Assembly: GCA_965248445.1 (NCBI GenBank)
Contig: CBDFJG010000003.1
Span: forward strand, 1 to 64,000
From: Planctomycetota bacterium
GTDB taxonomy: Bacteria > Planctomycetota > JAJSAM01 > JAJVHW01
Reading direction: 5' to 3'
Length of the DNA stretch: 64,000 bases
The translations under genes and the position numbers were made by a program. Position 1 is the stretch's first letter, and every line of letters starts with the position of its first letter. Positions 60,401 through 64,000 of this stretch are shown piece by piece. A model generated the notes under the pieces. It saw only the letters and a program-made list of their open reading frames with translations. It made no database searches and had not been told where the DNA came from.

Positions 60401-61747
60401 CGCCCTGGTCCGGTCCATCGTCTTCCCGATCCACGAGTGGCTCAAGGGCCACTCGACGGAAGCGGCGCTGCGCGAGGCCCGTGAATTCGACCGAATGTCG
60501 TCCGCGGATGTCGAGGCCGCGCAACTCACGAAGCTCCGGCGGATGATCGAGCACGCCGGCAGGCACACGGAGTACTACAGAGAAGCGTTCGGCGCGGCGG
60601 GTGTCGGTGCGGACGATCTGGCGACGACCGCGGATCTCCGGCGCTTCCCGCTGCTCGATCGCGACTGACCGCGTGCGCACCATGACGGCGATCGCGACCG
60701 GAGGGTCCACCGGCGAGCCGGTCGAGGTGCAGGTGGACCGTCGCAGGTTCTCCGTGAACATCGCTGCGCGGCTGCGGGCTCGCGAGTGGTGGGGGGTGCG
60801 CGTGGGCGAGCGGGAGGCCGTCCTGTGGGCGAGCCCGACCGAGATCGGCGCGCAGGACCTCGTGCGCTCGGTGCGCGACCGGTTGCTGAACACACGCCTC
60901 TACAGCGCGTTCGAGGGAACGGAGAGCGGGCTCGACGCGCTGGTGCAGGATCTCGCGAGCTACCGGCCGACGCATCTGTACGGCTACGCGTCCAGCATCC
61001 ACCTCGTGGCTCGCAGAGTGCTCCGAACCGATTCGAACGGGCGGGAATTCGGTCTGAAGGCGATCTTCGCGACGGCCGAGGGCATGTCGGACGAACAGCG
61101 GGCCGAGGTCGAGCGCGCCTTCCGCGCGCCCGTGGGCAGCGAGTACGGCGCCCGCGACGCCGGTCTGATCACGCATGCGTGTCCGAGCGGAGGCAATCAC
61201 GTCCTCGCTGAGGGGATGTTCGTCGAGATCCTTCGGCCGGACGGTTCGCCGGCCGCGCCGGGCGAGCGCGGGGAGATCGTGACCACTCATCTGGAGTCGT
61301 TCGGCTTCCCGCTCATCCGCTACCGCACCGGCGACGTCGGCGTGCCGGCCGCGGGCCGCGGCGGGACCGTGCTCGTGTGGTGTGGCACTCCCGCGGATCG
61401 AGCGGATCGAGGGACGGGCGACCGACTTCCTACTCGCGCCCGACGGCCGTTTGCTGCACGCGCTCGGAGCGATCTACATACTGCGCGTCATGCCCGGTGT
61501 GGGCCGCTTCCAGGTCGAACAGACGAGCCGGGACCGCTTCGTCGTCCGCATCGTTCGCGAGGCGGGGTTCCCCGACGACGGGGTGGCGCAGATCCGCGAC
61601 GGTCTGCAGAAGCTGATGCGCGCACCGGTCGACGTCGACGTCGCGTTCGTCGAGGAGATCGGAGTCAGCGGGTCCCGCAAGCGCCGCTACGTGATCTCGC
61701 CGATCGCGCAGGCGGCGGTCCGTGGAGAGACCGATGCCGGCGGCTGA
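60393..61747 (+). CDS. Phenylacetate-CoA ligase/CapK-like adenylating enzyme, frameshifts near 60665 and 61370
   Basis: TGGSTGEP, EYGARD, FPLIRYRTGD and IEGR..D spread over three frames. Confidence 0.8.
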
Positions 61748-62780
61748 TCCGCGCGTCGCGCTGGTGGCGCCGTGGCCGCCGCCGGAAGGCGGAATGTCGG
61801 TGCAGGCGCGGGGCCTGAGCGAGGCTCTTCGCTCGGCCGGCACCGAGGTCCGCGTCGTGCCGACCAACGTCGGGCTTGGCCTGCTCGGACGGATCAAGGG
61901 CGTCCGCGGCGTGGTGAACCTGGCGATCTACCTGGTGCGGCTGGTCTGCACGGTGCCGCGCGTGGACGTGGTGCACGTGCTCGCGGCGAGCGGCCTCCTC
62001 CTTCTTCCTGTTCACGGCGCCCGCGGTCGTGGTGGGCCGGCTCCTGCGACGTCGCGTGATCGTCAACTACCGCGGCGGCCTGGCAGACGACTTCCTCGCG
62101 GCGCGCGGCAATTGGGTGCGGCCGTTCCTGCGCCGCGCGAGGGGGTTTTCACGAAGCACGGCTACGCGTCGGAGATCATCTCGAACTACGTCGACGTGGA
62201 TCGCTTCGACGTCACGGCAAATCCGGCGTCGGCGCCGGTCATCCTCGTCACCCGCAACCTGGAGCGGATCTACAATGTCGGTGCCGCGATCGAGGCGATC
62301 GCTCTGATCCGTGAGCAGCACGCGGACGCGGAGCTCTGGATTGCCGGCACGGGCAGCGAACGTGCATCGCTCGACGCACGCGCCACGGATCTGGGCGTGT
62401 TCGACGCCGTGCGGTTCCTGGGGCGGGTGCCGAACGAAGACATCCCCGCGCTCTACGCGGGTGCGGCGATCGCGCTCAACCCGACGAACGTGGACAACAT
62501 GCCGATATCGGTGCTCGAGGCGTTCGCCTCCGGGGTGCCCGTTGTGAGCACGCGAGCCGGGGGAGTCCCGTTCATCGTCGAGGACGGCGTGAGCGGGCTG
62601 CTCACGGACGTCGGCGATGCCCGGGGGCTGGCCGATGCCTGCGTGCGGATCCTGGAGTCCAGCGACCTCGCAGACGCACTTCGCGCGGAGGGGCGTTCGG
62701 CGGTCGAGCGGTTCGGCATCTCGGCAGTGGTCGGCGCTTGGCGCGCGTGCTATCGCGAGACGGCCTCGTCGGCCGATTAG
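61734..62780 (+). CDS. GT4 glycosyltransferase with internal compensating frameshifts (~61995-62145)
   Basis: PPP.GGM, RNLE.IY, DNMPISVLEAFASG; NYRGG.A..F is in another frame. Confidence 0.8.
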   Translation: MPAADPRVALVAPWPPPEGGMSVQARGLSEALRSAGTEVRVVPTNVGLGLLGRIKGVRGVVNLAIYLVRLVCTVPRVDVVHVLAASGLLLLPVHGARGRGGPAPATSRDRQLPRRPGRRLPRGARQLGAAVPAPREGVFTKHGYASEIISNYVDVDRFDVTANPASAPVILVTRNLERIYNVGAAIEAIALIREQHADAELWIAGTGSERASLDARATDLGVFDAVRFLGRVPNEDIPALYAGAAIALNPTNVDNMPISVLEAFASGVPVVSTRAGGVPFIVEDGVSGLLTDVGDARGLADACVRILESSDLADALRAEGRSAVERFGISAVVGAWRACYRETASSAD

Positions 62781-62971
62781 GCCTCACGGGGCCGCCGCAG
62801 CGCGGCCCCCCGGCTGGCTACAATTCCGTAGCCGCACGAGCCTGAGCAGTTGGACCGGCGCTTGCTTGCACCCCCCGAGGGCGCGACGTCCGCGTCCATC
62901 TGTCTCGACGGAGTTGAAGCCCTTCGCTTTCTGGCCTCCGCTTTCTGGCCTTCATGGGGAGCTGATCCCGC

Positions 62972-63934
62972 GTGCTGAACGTCCTCATCACGGTGGACAC
63001 CGAGTTCTGGGCGGATCAGCCGGGCTCCGGAGGCTCGGTGCGCGCCGAGGACATCGACCGCGACGTCTACGGCGTGACGCCCCACGGTGAGTTCGGGGTG
63101 CGGTACCAGGCCGACCTGCTCCAGGAGTGCGGCCTCAAGGGCGTGTTTCACATCGAGGCGCTCTCCGCCCTCGCGACCGGGATCGAGCCGCACACGCGCC
63201 TCGTCGAGGAACTCCAGCAGCGGGGACAGGACGTCCAGTTGCATGTCCACCCCGAGTGGCTGTCCCGCATGCCGGAGTCGCTGCTGCCCGGCCGCACCGG
63301 GCAGCACATGCATCAGTTCAGTCTCGACGAGCAGGAGGTGCTCCTCGCGAAGGGGCTGGAGATCCTGCGGCAGTGCGGGGCGCAGAACGTCTGCGCGTTC
63401 CGCGCCGGCAACTACGGCGCGAACTGGGACACGTTGCGCGCGCTCGCGCGTCTCGGGGTGCCGTACGACACGAGCCACAACACGTGCTACCTCGGTGACG
63501 CCACACAGATGGAGACCGAGTCCGCGTTGCTTCAACCGCGCGCGTTCCACGGTGTCCACGAGTTTCCCGTCGGCTACTTCCACGATCGGCCGGGACATCG
63601 CCGTCACCTGCAGATCACCGCGTGCTCCGCTCGTGAACTGATCCACGCCGTCGAGCAGGCGTTCGAGCGCGGCTGGGAGTACCTCGTTCTCGTCTCGCAC
63701 AGTTTCGAGCTGATCGATCGACGAAGCGTGCGGCCGGACAACATCGCGATCCGTCGCTTCGAGCGGTTCTGCCGGCACCTGTCCGGCAACCGCGACCGCT
63801 TCCGGACGATCGGATTCGATGACATCGAACAGGGCTCGCTGCGGGACGGCGGCGCGGATCGTCCCTTGCGCTCCAACTGGGTGCGGACCGCTCTGCGCTA
63901 CGCCGAACAAGCGATGCGCCGGTTCCAGAGATGA
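62972..63934 (+). CDS. Polysaccharide deacetylase family protein
   Basis: ITVDTE, QLHVHPEW and FRAGNY motifs. Confidence 0.85.
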   Translation: MLNVLITVDTEFWADQPGSGGSVRAEDIDRDVYGVTPHGEFGVRYQADLLQECGLKGVFHIEALSALATGIEPHTRLVEELQQRGQDVQLHVHPEWLSRMPESLLPGRTGQHMHQFSLDEQEVLLAKGLEILRQCGAQNVCAFRAGNYGANWDTLRALARLGVPYDTSHNTCYLGDATQMETESALLQPRAFHGVHEFPVGYFHDRPGHRRHLQITACSARELIHAVEQAFERGWEYLVLVSHSFELIDRRSVRPDNIAIRRFERFCRHLSGNRDRFRTIGFDDIEQGSLRDGGADRPLRSNWVRTALRYAEQAMRRFQR

Positions 63935-64000
63935 CCGACACGATGCAGGTGACGAAGATCCCACTGCACTTCCAGTTCGGCGAGTTGCGGCTCTTCGCTG
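63931..64000 (+). CDS. Next gene of the operon (3' partial, unknown)
   Basis: ATGA overlap; open to the window end. Confidence 0.45.
   Translation, partial: MTDTMQVTKIPLHFQFGELRLFA

Overview
Very GC-rich bacterial DNA, probably Planctomycetota-like (inferred from the secreted HEAT-repeat proteins, sulfatase and FG-GAP protein). It has four parts. (1) 1-15.4 kb: host genes, namely a dienelactone hydrolase, an alkaline-phosphatase-family enzyme, a methyltransferase, pcm, two tandem secreted HEAT-repeat paralogues, an IS66, an ArnT/PMT glycosyltransferase, a GH30-like protein and a radical SAM enzyme. (2) ~15.4-31.3 kb: an integrated phage-derived element starting at a tRNA-Phe 3' remnant (att). 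It carries a replication initiator with iteron-like repeats, DnaB, a TerS-like fragment, an HNH nuclease, tRNA-Ile2(CAU), an isolated tail chaperone + tape measure pair and a three-gene HEPN / unknown ORF / SecB-like operon. That operon looks like an unusual toxin-antitoxin-chaperone (TAC) defence system and is the best novelty candidate. (3) 31.3-38.8 kb: three IS1380-family elements, all flanked by CTAG, around a truncated pspA and an AAA+ ATPase gene. (4) 38.9-64 kb: sulfatase, lpxD and a large Wzx/Wzy exopolysaccharide locus with sulfotransferase, AsnB-like amidotransferase and CapK-like ligase. Many genes have single frameshifts, which suggests assembly indel errors. All family calls come from motif recognition by eye, not database searches.
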